Origin: the human T2T-CHM13v2.0 reference genome, Homo sapiens
Length of the DNA stretch: 64,000 nt
Direction: 5' to 3' (one strand)
Assembly: GCF_009914755.1 (NCBI RefSeq)
Contig: NC_060928.1
Below, piece by piece: positions 12,793 to 27,022 of this stretch (positions within the stretch are counted from its first letter, which is position 1; each line of letters opens with the position of its first letter). Position numbers and translations under genes: made by a program. The notes below the pieces were generated by a model that ran no database searches, was not told where the DNA came from, and saw only the letters and a list, made by a program, of their open reading frames with translations.

Positions 12793-13439
12793 GACTTTAA
12801 CTTTTACCAGTGAATGTGGGGGAGTTGCTCGCAAAGGAATCAAGATCATTCTTTGGTTGATAACAAGTTATTTTTATGACAATTAAAATCTCTTATTTAA
12901 AATAAATTGTTTAAAAGATTAATTTCTGATTGGGCTATTCTCAGGTGATGTGTGGGTTGCTGCTATCTATCAGAAGTCACCCAGTATCTTGATATTTTAT
13001 TTTCAGTTATGACTTATACAGTGTTCTCCTGGCAAAATAGTTTGGGGTATTGACGTTGATAGAATTGGAAGCATACCAACCTTAGGTATTTAATTTTTTT
13101 GGTGAAACTAAGAGATATCTTAGAAAAAGTGAATGTAATATCTGTATGTGTAAATTTCACAAATATTTGGGAGATGCTGTAGGTTTTAAATTTGATCTGA
13201 AATGTAATGTAATTTTCTGCCAAATTGCCACAGCGTTACTTCCCTTCTTCCTCCCTCTCTTCTTCTCTCCCTCTCTCCTTTCCTTCTTTCCTTCTTCCTT
13301 CCCACATCATTTTTTGCTCCACAAATGTTTATTTAAAAATTAATGTCATTATTTGCTTCCCTGCCTCCTATCTTTCATCCTTGCTATTCTTTTAACGGAT
13401 ATTGATTTAACACTTATTAATACAAATAAGTAATACAAA

Positions 13440-13960
13440 TATGATGATCTCTAAAATCTCTCCCAGCTCGGACTTTCTGATCCAACTACTTTTAGTAATT
13501 CCACTGCCACTGTGCTCATTCAAGCCACCATTGTCTCATGCTTATTTTACTGAAATAGACTTTAAACTGGTCTCTTTACACTCTTGCCACCTCTTCAGTC
13601 TTCTCAATGTCTTGCATCATTCTTTAGAAGTATTAATTGGATAGCAACACTTTGCATCCCTCAAAATCTTTCAATCACTCCCCATTCCAATTAGAATAAA
13701 ATCTTAAAACAGGGTTCACAATTCTGTCTAACCTGACTCCCAGCCATTACTCCAGCCTCATCTGACCCCAGTTTTGTAGGTTTTGACTCTTCTTTCAGTT
13801 GTTAAATCATCATGCTCCTTTGCCACTCCACATCATTTTGTGTGCTGCTTCCTAAGTCTACAAAGCCCTTCCTTTCTTCCCATTCTCTAGCCAGATCCCC
13901 TCATCTGGATAACACCTACCAAGTTTTCAAATGTTAACTCAAAGTCACATCCTCAGAAAA
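13440..13960 (+). mobile_element. LINE-2 fragment
   Basis: atgatctctaaaatctctcccagctcggactttc, caagccaccattgtctcatg, aaagtcacatcctcagaaa. Confidence 0.6.
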
Positions 13961-14196
13961 AAATAACACTCTCCTGTCATATTATTTAATATGTTGTGAT
14001 TTTATTTTATACATGTATCTTTTGTAATTATATATTTACTTTTATGATTATTTGGTTATATATTATATATAGTATATATACCTTTTAGTATACTATGTAT
14101 ACGATATGCTATTATAGGAAAAAGTATATGTATAGTATATATATAAAGTATATGTTATAAAATGGTTACAGAAAAAACTTAATCCAATAATCATAA

Positions 14197-14207
14197 ATAT
14201 ATATGTG

Positions 14208-14246
<39 letters not shown>
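14197..14246. repeat. (TA)/(TG)n microsatellite
   Basis: Read directly. Confidence 0.95.
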
Positions 14247-14249
<3 letters not shown>

Positions 14250-15699
14250 AATTCCAGGCAGACTGGCCTACATTTGCTTCTGAAATTTGAATTTAACTTG
14301 AAGATCAAACTCAGCAGAGTGCTTATAATCAATATGACAACATAGGCAACATATCTTTATTGAGTGAAAGAATAAGTGGCTATTTCCTTCAAGAAATCTT
14401 TTTTATCAAATAATCAATTATTTCAGTTTTTTGCTAGTCAGGATAGTTTAGTAGTATTTATAATTAGTATTACTAAGTGGTAGGTCATGTTTAGTGAGTA
14501 ACGAATTAACTTTCTTTTCTAGTAGGTAAGTGCAAATAAATGTTAGTAGGGGTGATTTCCTAGCCCATGGACTATTCCCATCTTAAAAAATGAAGTGTTT
14601 TTTTTTTTTTTTTGCTATTTATTTGTGCTGTATTATTACTTTTTCTCAATTTCTGAGATTCATAAGGAGTGTTGTTCTAATTTTTAAATGTCTTGGCTGT
14701 GCAGTTAAGAATATCTTTTAAGTATCAACACTGTCCAAATGAAATAAATCTAAAACATTATGAAAATAATGCTTATATTTTGAACCAAAAGCATATAAAA
14801 ACATCTTCAGTTGAATGTGTGTTTTGCTGAACACTTTTATATCCTTCTCTACAGACTGCATGAGTCCACTGTTTTTCTGGTACTTGATTTCTTTTTTTTT
14901 TTATATGTTATAATAGTTACATTGCAAACTCTACTTTGGATAAAGGAGAAAGAATGAAAACACAGTTTAGTTCACTCATCTCTGTTCTCCTTCCTGCCTT
15001 CGCACCACTGTAATGTCCCCTGCGGCTCTTCTCCTCCCCTGCAGATCAATATTTCTTGTCTTAGTTTAATGAACACTCCTACATTGATCTCTCTCAGGTG
15101 CTGTGCTATTTTATGACAGGTTTCTTGGTTACAACTCCTTCTTAGCTAAGTCAGTGGAGCACCCTGCCATTCCCTACACAATACAGGCTGCAACAATAGG
15201 ACCTTTATTCATCATAGGTTAATGTGTGATTTTTTTCCCTTTCTTTGAAAGGAATAAATATATACACTTTTTATTTAATTCTTTAACTTTGTTTTTTGGT
15301 TACCTTCTTTAAAGAATTATAAAAACAACTTAAGAATGGTATGCAAAAACAAGGATAAAGAAAGCCAGGAATCTTTAAAGTCTTCTGAAACACTTTCTTA
15401 CAAACCAAAAGTTAGGATACCTTTGTTAGTTATTTTCATTCACTTTATGTCTTATTACCATGGTAGCAATTCATTGAATAATCCCTGTATCCAGAAAGAT
15501 AAATCAGAGGTAACAGTATCTGACAAGTAAATCTCATGTCCAAAGACAATGCTCTTATCTTAGTTGTCCTGTGCTGGTGGCAAGAGAGAAATAGAGAATG
15601 GGTGCAGGGCACAATAAACCCAAGGACAGTGTCTCTTGATCTCCAAATTTAATAAGTTCTCATGCTTTTATGCCTTTTTTTCTCCTTTTGCACTGTGTA

Positions 15700-16350
15700 T
15701 GATTGATTCACTAAGCAACTGCCTACTCCTAAGACATATTAAGTCAATTTTATCTTCTGTTTCATGTTTATCTGGTTTACCTATCCTTGCCTTGTGTACC
15801 TCCAGAAAATTTAATCAAATAATCACACAAATAAATATATAATTACAAAACAGTAAGTATAAAAAAGAAACAAAAGATATCATTAAATTCTGTAATATGA
15901 GAGTGTAATATATTCTGATACTTTGTCCTGAAGATGTGACTTTTGAGTTAATATTTCAAAAAATGATATGCCCTACTCAGATGAGGGGATCTGACTAAGG
16001 AAGGGGAAGAGAGGAGAAGAGCGGGGCAGAACTTTGTAGACCTAGGAAGCAGCGCACAAAATGATCCAGAGTGGCAAAGGAGCATGATGATTTCACAGCT
16101 GAAAGAAGGGCCAATGTCCACAAAAATGGGGCCAGATGAACCTGAAATAGTAGGTGGGAATCAGGTTAGACAAAATCATGAACTTTATGTCAAGATTTTA
16201 TTCTAATTGCAATGGAGAGTGATTAAGAGATTGTGAAGGATATGAAGAGTGACTGTCCAATTAATATTTTTAAAGAATGCTGCAACATGTTAAAAAGACT
16301 GAAGAGGTGGCAAGAATGTTTGTAAAGAGACCAGTTTAAAGGTGATTTAA
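15700..16350 (-). mobile_element. LINE-2 fragment
   Basis: gattcactaagcaactgcctac..., gaagatgtgacttttgagt, tcaagattttattctaattgcaatggagag. Confidence 0.55.
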
Positions 16351-16639
16351 ATTACGGTTGGAATCCCATGTAAAATTTTTCATGTACTATGAATCTGTCT
16401 TAAGCTAACTGATAACTCAGTTTACTTTTCTTTTCACTGTTGTTTTGTGCTCCTCCATCTTCTGCTATATTGTTGGTAATTACATTTTGTTGTTAATTTT
16501 CTTAAAAAAAAAAAACAAAAAAACAAACTGTAGTTGGGAATACCAGCAAGTATGACCCACTCAACAAAGAGAAGGCCAACTTCTCTGAATTTGCAGCAAA
16601 AATAAGGATCAATTCCAGGATTCTGATGAAATGTTGATC

Positions 16640-17433
16640 AGTACTAGAAAGCCACAAAAACTCGACATCAATATTGACTCCTCAATTTTTTTCCCAGCAA
16701 AATTAAAAAATCTATCAAAATCTTTCAAAACGTTCTCACAGCTTCCATTGCTTTCTATTCCATTTCCATCCTATTTCTATTCTATTTCCATTCCATTCTA
16801 TCACCATTTTCTCACCTCTGGGATAGCACACAAGGGTCTTAATCTGATTTCACATTTACCTTTGAAAAGACTAATTTCTACACAGCAGCCAGGATGATCT
16901 CTTAAAACTGAAGTTGGATTGTATCACTTCTTTCTGCAGAGCAATCTATTGATTTCCAAGTCAACATCTATATAAGGGCCAATAAATTCCTACAGGGTCT
17001 GGACTATTCTTACCCCTCTGAGCTGATCTTGTCTTACTCCATCCTCAATTGTTATATCCAGATGCACTTTGTTTCCTTGCTCTGGCTCAAATACAGCCAA
17101 CACAATTTCACTGTAGCATTTGCACTTACTGTTACCTCTGCCTGAAAAGCATTTCCAGTTGGTTTCCACAGGGCTCAATCCTTCCTTTCTCGCAGGTTTT
17201 TATTCAAAGGTCAGCTAATCACTGAGGCCTTTCCCATGAACCTATTCTAAGTTTCACTCGTCTTTAGCCCCATTTCATTCCTTTCCTATGCTATTTCTTT
17301 GACTTATTTTCTGTCTTCTCCAATTAGAATGTAAGCTCCTTGAAGGCAATGTTTTTTTCTATTTAGTTTATATATGCAGCATGCAGAACACAGCCTGCTA
17401 CATGACACTTAATAAACTGTGTTGAATGAATAA
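16640..17433 (+). mobile_element. LINE-2 (L2a-like) with intact 3' tail
   Basis: ttagaatgtaagctccttgaaggcaatg...acacttaataaactgtgttgaatgaataaa is the canonical L2 3' end. Confidence 0.75.
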
Positions 17434-18184
17434 AATGCCATGATTAATTGTATTTTTAATGGGACAATTCTCTTGGCACATCATAGAGATGGATCCCAAC
17501 TCTATGACCTGCTGGGCAAGGGAAGTGTGGTTATGGCTTCTAAGAGCTCTCCTGAGAAAGTAGTACCCATATGTTGGGTGTTGTTAGTTCAGGTTTGTGA
17601 ATTCTGTGTGTAGTTTGAGAGACAATAAGGGTAAGGATCTAAGGGTACTGGGATCTACCACTGATATCAATCCTTGGAACACTTCCAACCCAGATCAATT
17701 CTCTAGTCATTTCTTTTCTGTCAGTATTAATTGTTGGCTTGTTCTTTGTCTTTGCCCATTTTTTTTTCCTACAACACACATCTTTCCTCATTAGCCTACT
17801 GTGAAATAGAATGCTATTTCATAGCTGTTTTACTAAATGCTGAAATGAAGTTCAATATATTATTTCCATGGAGAAAGGTTAGAGGAGGTGAGAAGAAATA
17901 TTTTTAATGAAAATGACAAGTAATCTCATCCTTCATTTTACCCTGACCTCCAATTAAAAAAAATTAAATTTTTAATAACATTTTTAGTACCTATCTCCCA
18001 TTTAATTTGATATGTTGATGTCACCAAGGAAACTGACCTACTTGGAGATCTAGGGAATGTCTGCTCTAAAACATTTTCTTACATCTCTTGTCAATATGCA
18101 ATGAATTTTGTAGCAATTTAATGAGAGAGAAGGAGAGGGAGAGAGAATAGAATTTGAAACCATACATACATAAAAAAGGATATG

Positions 18185-18360
18185 CCCATTTCTGCCATCT
18201 ACAAGCCATATTGACTTTGGGAAGCTACCATATTTTTTTGAGCCTCAGGTTTCTCTTTTAAAGATGGGCATAATAATATCTACCTTGCAGGATTTGCATG
18301 AGGATTAATGTAAATGAGAAATGTAAGTGTAACTGGAAATATAAACGTCCTTAGCACATA
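18185..18360 (+). mobile_element. MIR SINE fragment
   Basis: gagcctcaggtttctcttttaaagatgggcataataatatctaccttgcaggatttgcatgaggattaa matches the MIR core. Confidence 0.75.
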
Positions 18361-19559
18361 CCCTTGCTCTAGAAGTCTTAGTTTTTTAGAATTTTTAGTT
18401 GTTTCCTTTTCCTTTATTTAAGCACATAGTGAGCATTTGCTTGTTTTATGCCAGACATGTAAGCTGCAAAAATGCACGTACACAGCCTTGGATGTCATTA
18501 CTCTACTCCTAGAAACTTCAGATTCAGTTCTAATTCTGCTTAGATCTGGAATTGCTCTCATCTCCTCTTTTTTTCGTTAGTGAATTGAAAATCTATTTTT
18601 TTCATGTTTTAATGAGTTCATCATACTGCATGCCTGTATTCAGACCCAATGTATGAGTCACTTTGAAAAATAGCTAATTTCTATAAAATAATTGATTATT
18701 AAAAAAACACTTTTGTATACTCAAAAATGTCCTTGCTTATTTCTTAGCTGAATTGAAATACATCTTCTTATAATTTAGTTTCTCCCTTCACTGATCATAA
18801 ATGATTATACACATACTGGATATTTTTTTCTCTCCCTGACAATTCATTACATTGAATGGCACATGCAATATCCCACCTGTCTTTCTAAAGGGACATCAAT
18901 ATTGGCCTACTTTGATTGAACTAGCTAGATCAGCAATTCATTAACCTGTAACACACTAGGCCTGTTGTTTCATTACTGCTCCCTTAAAGCTTCTCTGTTA
19001 GTTAGAAACAACTAAAGTTTCTAGTTTTCTGCTTATATATTTAGCTTTATAAAATACAGTGATTTTCTCTCTTAAACAAGTGCTAGACTGTGGCCTCTTG
19101 ATACAAGTCTATAAGAAAATCTGCCAGTTGATACATGATGCCGAATAAATAAGAAATGTCTTACAGTTTTTTTCTTTGTACCTTATTGCATTTCCCCTGT
19201 CTTCTTACATTTTACATTATTTTCCTTCTTTCTATCTCTCATATTTAATTAGCTTGTGGGTTGAAATGGAATGCAAGAGATTATTTTCCTCTTTGTCATC
19301 TTGATAAGAAATTGTCCCTTTTGGGTGTGGTTGAATGTGACAGTGGAATAAATCATCAGATACTCCTTGGTACTGGGAGTAGATATGTGAGTTATAACAT
19401 CAGCTGATATTTGTAAATGCAATTGGGTATCTTCTACCACTTCATTCTTGCTGTATATCTTTTCTCTCTTCCTTGCTATATCAAAATTATTTTTCTTATA
19501 AATGTCTATTGAGAATCATACCATTGCTCCTTAATAGCCTTTAATTTTTTTTATAAAAT

Positions 19560-20440
19560 CACATTTTTTAGTTTTGAGACAATTGTAGGTTCACATACCA
19601 TTTTAAGAAATAATACAGAGAGATTTTGTACACCCTTTACCCAGTTTCCTCTCATGGTAACCTCTTGCAAAACTAGCATGATACTGCAACCAGGATATTG
19701 ACTGATACAATCAAGATGCAGAACATTTGCATCACAAGGAGGATTCCTTATCTTGCTCTTTTACACTCACACCCACTACCTTCCAACTCCCACTCCCCAT
19801 GTAACCACTGGCAATCCTGTTCTCCATCCTATAATTTTGCCATTTCAATCATTTTATATAAATGGAATCACAGAGCATGTAACCTTTTGTGATTGTCTTT
19901 TTTCCCTGAGCATTTTTCTCTGGAGATTAATTCAGGTTGCTGCAGGAGTCCATTCCTTTTTAGTGCTAAATAATTGTTCTCTGGAGATTAATTCAGGTTG
20001 CTGCAGTAGTCCATTCCTTTTTAGTGCTGAATAGTATCTCACAGTACAGGTGCACCACAGTTTCACCATTCACCTATTGAAGGACGTCTGGCTTGTTTCC
20101 AGTTTGTGGCTATATATATATATATCTATATACACACACACATATAAATATACACACACACACATATATATATATATACACACACATATATATAATAAAA
20201 TATGAATTCATGTTCACACAAAATTATGTACATGAATTCTATAATAATTCCATGTAATAATGCTATTATAGACATTCATGTATATATTTTTGTGTGAACA
20301 TGAACTCATATTTCTCTAGGGTAAATGTGAAAGAGTATAATTGCTGGTTGTATGATAGTTGTATGCTTAGTTTTCAAATAAACTTACATATTTTCTCCAG
20401 TAGTATATGAGAGATCGTTTCTCTGTATTCTTATTAACAT
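19560..20440 (-). mobile_element. Old L1 3' end (L1MB/MC-like) containing a tandem duplication, a microsatellite and an inverted duplication
   Basis: ttgagacaattgtaggttcacata...agaaataatacagagag...tacaccctttacccagtttcc is a reverse L1M 3' UTR. Confidence 0.8.
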
Positions 20441-20904
20441 ATATATGTCTGCTTGCTTTACTTTACTTTTTTACATTATCGTTTTTATCTAAAATTACCA
20501 CACATTATACAAGCTAGCTCTCATTTACTGAGTTGCCACTTAAAAGTAGCTTTTAAATTTTCATTCGGGAAAACTACGGTCTTGTCAGAATTTTGCCTTG
20601 GGATGCTAATATTTTGAAATGACATTAACCTTTACAAAAAGACCTTATACATTAAGGGAATGTAAACAAAACTTGAGGCAGGAACCTTTTATTTTCTTTA
20701 GTGCTAGAAAAAAAGCTCAAACATTTTAAAATATACTAATTTTTAAAAAGAATATACAGAATAAACTTGTTACAAGTAACTTTTATTGCAAATTTCTGCA
20801 AATAGCTTATCATCTACTTCTACTAAAACTTTCTCTAATACTTGTTCCCCTAACTGGATGTAATTTCTTCTTATGAACTGTCATACCATTTCTTCTTCTT
20901 TTCT

Positions 20905-22250
20905 TTTTTTAAAAATGGATTTTGACGTAGAAAAATCTGTACATAATGAAGGTATGCAACTTAAGCGCTTTGGAGATAAGTATAGACTCAATGAAATCAT
21001 CACTACAATCTGTGTCATAAATCGATCCATCACCTCCAAAAGTTGCTCTTTGCCCTCTCATTTATAAATACTATTACCATGAACATTATTATTATAATTC
21101 TGTGATAAGAACACAACATAAGGCTACCCTTTTAGCAAATTTTAAAGCGTATAATATATATTGTTTACTATAGACACTATGTTGTACTGTAGATCTCTAG
21201 GACTTATTTATCTTGTATAACTGAAGCATTGCACTCTTTGACTAATACCTTTCCATTTCCCCCACCCCCTAGCCCCTGCCATTCACCATTCCACTCTCAG
21301 CTTCTCTGAGTTTGACTATTTTACACCCATCATATAAATGGTATCACGTAGTAGTTTTTGTTCTGTGTCTGGCTTATCGTACTTAAGTATATTATCCTCC
21401 ATGTTCATCTATGTTGTCACAAATGGAAAGATTTCCTTATTTTTCAAGTCTGAATAATAATCCATTTATGTATTTACCACATTTAAAAAAATCTATTCAT
21501 TGGTTGATAGACATTTAGGTAGCATCCCATGCTACAGTGAACATAGGGGAGAAGATATCTTTTCAGGATCATAATTTTATTCCCTTTGGATATATGTCCA
21601 CATGTGAGATTGAGGGATCATATGGCAGACCTGAAACTATAAGACATCTAGAAGAAAACTTAAGGAAAAATATTCTGGACAATGGCCTTGGTAATTATCT
21701 CTTGGAAATGGCACCAAAATCACAAGCATAAAAAAGCAAAAATAGACAAGTGGGATTACATAAAACTAAAAAGCCTTGGCACATCAAAGAATATAATTAA
21801 CCGAATGCAACCTACAGAATGGGAGAAAATATTTGCAAGCCATATATCTGATAAAGGGTTAATATTGAAAATATGTAAGGAACTCCTACAGCTCAAAAGC
21901 AATGATTGTCATAATCATAATCATAATATGCTGACTAAAAAATGGACAAGTGACTTGAAGAGATATTTATCCAAAGAAGATATATAGATGGTAAGAAAAG
22001 TTGCTCAACATCATTAACCATCAGGGAAATGCAAATCAAAACCACAATGCAATATCACTTCACACCGGTTATAATGGCTTTTATGAAACAAACAAACAAA
22101 CAAACAAACAAAACAATAGATAACTAATGTTGGCAAAGGTGTGAAGAAAATGGAACCCTTCAACACTGTTGGTGGGAATGTAAATTGGTACAGCCACTGT
22201 GAAAACTATATGAAAATTTCTCAAGAAACTAAAACTAGAACTATCATGTA
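20905..22250 (-). mobile_element. L1MA-type element with 5' inversion (minus about 20905-21627, plus about 21628-22250)
   Basis: Reverse 3' UTR up to gggatcatatggcag, then plus-strand ORF2 (ORF 21682..21987: [12 protein letters not shown]...PTEWEKIFA). Confidence 0.85.
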
Positions 22251-22289
22251 ATAGTTGATATTGTAATTGGCGGGGGAGAGAATAAGGAG

Positions 22290-22790
22290 ACAGATATATA
22301 TCAAGTGATACATTTTATCTCTGGGTGAAAACTATGGAGACATCCTCAACTGAGTGACATGATGAGGAGTTTGAGCTGCCTGTTAGCTGTCCAAGACTAG
22401 AGAGTAATGTATACAGAGAGTTTGGGGGGAGATTTAGATACAGATGTAGATTTTAAATATATTAGCTTAATATTAGCTTGGTTGTGGCTGAAACTATGAG
22501 GCTTGCTTGTCATCCAAGGAATATATTTCTAGAAAGAAGAGAAAAGGTTCTAAGGCAGATTATGGAGGGGGGTACAAAATCGCATTTAAAGGAATGTGTA
22601 TGAAGAACATCTACAAAATCCCCTGGGGAAGAGCAATCAGAAAGACAGGGAGACAGACAAATGATGTCTTAAAAAACAGGAGAATTTCAGAAAGGGACTG
22701 GTCAATGATGCTAAATATTTTGGGTCAAGTTACAAATCAAATGATTTCTTTTTGATCAATGAAGACAATCACTTCCCTTAAGAAAGGTAG
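22290..22790 (-). mobile_element. LINE-2 fragment
   Basis: gagtttgagctgcctgttagctgtccaag, agatgtagattttaaa, gggactggtcaatgatgctaaat. Confidence 0.5.
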
Positions 22791-24761
22791 ATGTATTTTA
22801 AAAAGCAATATGACAATAACTTCATAAAATTTTATTTCTCTTCTTCAGAAGGAAGGTGAAAAAGTCTCCTATAAGTGAATGATGATTATCTGTGGAATAC
22901 TCAATTATAGTCAGATGTAGTAACTGATATCTACCTAGAGTGAAGTAAAGATAACTTGCTAAGAAAATAGGGCAATTCATTGCAAATTGAAATGGCATAG
23001 ACCCAAGTCTCAATTAGTAACTTACTTGAATGAAAACTGGAATCCTTTTAGCTAAATATATTTAGCCTAAATATGTTTAGAAAAGAAGAGGAAAATGATA
23101 AGCTTTAGTCATCTCAGGGAGAAGTTGTTTGTAATAGAAAATAGAAAAGAGGCAATGGCAGTAAATGATTCCATGGTTTATAGAGGTTAAACCAGGTTTT
23201 GGTTTCACCTGAAAATTTGAAGACTCTCCTGATCCTTGGCTGCATGCGACTCCAAATTCTCAGGTGAGGGATATCCATAGACTGTCATAATCCCTGCGGG
23301 CCTGATCTGAGTTATACACAGATATGATATGGCTTGGGAAAATCAATGGCATTTCAGAATACATCTCTGTATCTTCTATATTTTATTTCTTACTTCTGGT
23401 CTCCATTTCTGAATACAATTTTTAGGCAAGTGGTGATATGAAGATCATAAAGTCAAAGGACAGTTTTCTGGTCTCTTAATTTAGAAGAAACCCTTGAGAA
23501 AATTCCAAAGGTCTTGAACTGATAAAATGAATATATAACAAGGGAATCTGAGTGCGGTTTGGGCCATGATTTTCTCCATGAGCAGGTGGTTGAGTTAAGA
23601 AAAATCGTCATTCTTAGTCAATCCTGTGAAATCTTGAAGGATGCTGGCCCTTATGCTGGATACCCTTATGCTGGATACCCTTTTGCATAAGGTTTGCTAA
23701 AGCCACTCTCAGACATGACTTGGAATAACGTTTGGTTTTTAATATAAAGTATTTTTTCTCAATGCCTGTTAGTAGTTTAGGACAAGGGAACAAGTTAAAT
23801 GCTGATATGACTGTAGTTGGAAAAGCTGTCATTAATATAATTATATGATATTTCTATCTCACACTCACAAAAATCTTACCCGCACATTACAGTGAGAGGT
23901 AGCAAGCCATAATAAAAAAGTTTGCAATTTGTAATTAAAACTGAATTCAAATATTGATTTTTGTTTACACTGTGGCTTAAACATAGTAGGTAAATTCTCT
24001 GAATTTAAAATATTTATAGTGTGAATGTGTCTATAGAGATCACGAGTACTAGATTGCATAAAATAATCTATTACAGTGATTGGCACACAGCAGGACTCTA
24101 ATGAAGGCCATTTACTTTCTGATATCTCCTTTTTTAACTCATAATCTCTTCTTTTTGTTGTCTTGTTCTGTCTCTTCCTCATTCTTTCCCTCCCCGCCTC
24201 CTTTCTCTGTTTCTTTCACTTACTCCCTTCCTGTGCTCCTTCCTTCCTATTTATTATTCTTCCTTCCTCCCTTTCTTCTCTTTCTTTCTCTCTTTTTCTT
24301 CTAAATCATTATGCAATTCTTACTCTATGATCAAAGTCCTACACTGTCTTTTTCCAGACTTTCCAACCATATCACCCTCTTTTAATCAGCATGAACATTT
24401 CATTCCAGGAAAGACAATTTATTCACTGCTCTCAAGCGTGGTTTTCTCTTTTGTGACACTATATTTTTGCTCATGTAATTCTCCTTAATAGGAATATCTT
24501 CACCATCCAAATGCTGTAGTATAAACTAGAATTCCACTCTACCTATTCGTTTTTTGAGAAATCATTTCAAGGCAGTCTTGACAAAACAAACAACCAAACA
24601 TACAAGCAAGTAAATTCTCTGCTCTTTTGGAACTCCTACAATTATATACCCTTCATCTCTAATTCAGTTTGATTTGCATCATTATTTGATTCATCAAATA
24701 AAATTTAAACATAAATTATCTGTATATTTTTCTTTCGTCCACTTATCCATGTATACATCAA

Positions 24762-25135
24762 TGTCTTTATTCATTCAAGCTGCTAAAACAAAATACCTCA
24801 GATTGGGTAATTTATAAACAACAATAATTTATTGCACATAGATGTGGAGGATAGGAAATTCAAGATCAAGGCACCAGCAAATCGTTGTCTCTTGAGGGCT
24901 TGGTCTCTGCTATATACGCAGCACCCTCTTGTTGCATCTTTACCTGGTGGAAAGGACCAATGAGCTTCCTTGGGTCTCCTTTAGAAGGGCACAAATCCCA
25001 CTTACGAATGTGAAGTCCTCACAACCTAATCAATTTACAAAGATCCCACCTCTTAATACTACTGCATTCAGTAGTAGATGTCAGTCTATAAATTGTGGGG
25101 GCTTGAGGGAAGGAGTAAACATTCAGACCATAACA
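24762..25135 (-). mobile_element. MaLR solo LTR (MLT1A/B-like)
   Basis: tgtctttattcattcaagctgctaaaacaaaatacc...cattcagaccataaca; TSD ATCAA/ATCAG. Confidence 0.85.
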
Positions 25136-26459
25136 ATCAGAAGAAAGAAAATCATATTTTTCCAGAAGGAAAAATTACTGTGGATAACAGAAAGCAAGAG
25201 AACTACCATTGTAATACTTTCTGAATTTGCAGTCATGCTGACACAATAGTTAGGTGTGAAACTGATCACTATGGTTGTGGAGATACCTCTAGAACATGCC
25301 TTTAGATAATAGTAATAGGGCATCTGATTTCAGACCAGAAGCTGAGATATCTTATGGATATCCTCTTACTAAAAATCAATACCTAATTTTTTCCAAATCC
25401 TGACACATAAGTAGATTTGCACATATTCCTCTTTTATAAATTGGTGCTAGCTTCAATAATGCCGATTATAAATGATGTCTTTATATTTTCCTCTTAGGAA
25501 TTGATATTTTGAGTTGATAATAATATTTACCAGAATTTTTTTTTTTGTTAAAGTAAAGATATCTTACTTTTTAGAGAATATAATTTTGTAGTGTATTGAG
25601 TTTCTCAGGGATGGATGATAAATAAACACTAAACACCACTATTCCCATTGTCTTCTTCTGTCTTTGTATAGACAGACACACATTCAAAGCTTATAATGGT
25701 ATTTGATTTATAGTCAAATGAAGTGTTTTTCCTTCATGTAACCAAGGTATATTAAAGGTGCACACAAATCAAATTCGAATCAAGGTAAGATTAATCACAT
25801 CTTATTTATATATGCCTGGCTTCAGTTCAGCTAGAATATAAAAGAATCTTATTTTATAAAACGTCATTTTCAGTTACTGTTTAAAGGTTGTTGCATAGCA
25901 ACTAATTGTTCACGGAGCACTACCTAATAATATCTGACTCGTGTTGCAGTACATCTATTTTTTAAAATTTAAATTCTATTTCCTAAAGAATTAAGGTAAA
26001 TAATTACAGTGACCTGAACATTTTAAAGATAAAGGTTCATACATGTAAATTAATATTGATGAAAGTTCTATTCACAACATTTATTTTTTCCTAGACATGC
26101 ATGTCACCTTAAAAGTGTTTTAATTCATAATGACACTAAAACAATTTTTTTTAGCTGAGTTTTATAGGTCAACTTTAGGAGTAAGATTTGATTGATAGCT
26201 CACCAACTGACCAAGAATTTCTTAGCAAAATAATTCCTATAAAAATAGGTAATGGTTGACATTTCTATTTTAAGTTGCTAGTGTTTTAATGCTTTGAGAA
26301 ACATTTGTTATTCTATTGCATATTTCTAATTTAAAACCTTGGAATTCTATTTGGGTTTAGTAACAAAACGTCTCAATTTTCTTGCTAGAAAAATCCGAAT
26401 ATTAATATGTTTGAAGTATTTTTATTCACAAGGTTATGATACAATGTTTTATAAAGGTA

Positions 26460-26660
26460 AAATATCAAGAGGGTTTGATTCACACCTCCAACATTTACTA
26501 GCTAGCAATGTTATTGTTAGGCAAATTGGTGTTTTAGCACAAGTTATGAATTCTATATATGAAGATAGCACCTACCAAACTGGGTGGAAGTTGTGGAGTT
26601 TAAGCATGATAATCCATGCTTCTTACAGTGCTTAACATATGGCATATGATTAAGTCATAT
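26460..26660 (+). mobile_element. Degenerate MIR fragment
   Basis: gggtttgattcacacctccaacatttactagct...gatagcacctacc...gttgtggagtttaagcatgataatccatg. Confidence 0.55.
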
Positions 26661-27022
26661 TATACCTAAATTCTAAATTTCATTTCAGATATATCAGGTT
26701 ATTTTTACTTACAGAACATTTTGCTATTACTATTATTTTCCATTTGGAGATTTGGTAAAGAGTGGTGACCTTGTATTTTTGATGTGATTCTGGATTCTTA
26801 GAATCCTAATGGAAAACAGCACTTCTTTATTTCTTCTTACTTTTTCCAATGCTGATAGGTTAAGGGGAGCTAGAACTCTCTCCTTTATGCTATAGTGGGA
26901 GGCAGGAGAGTGTAACAGCAGTTCACAGCTATGTCCTTCCTCAGAGGCAGAGACCAATCAATGCAGGTGGCAGATTATGTAAAATAAACATTGATTATGT
27001 CATGGTAGTTACATAATATAAG

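Noticed and set aside
16740-16800. TTCCA/TTCTA pentamer-rich tract resembling satellite III
   Set aside because: Only about 60 bp of low-complexity sequence inside an L2.
23641-23686. 15-bp repeat cccttatgctggata, 2-3 copies
   Set aside because: Simple slippage duplication with no spacers; not CRISPR-like.
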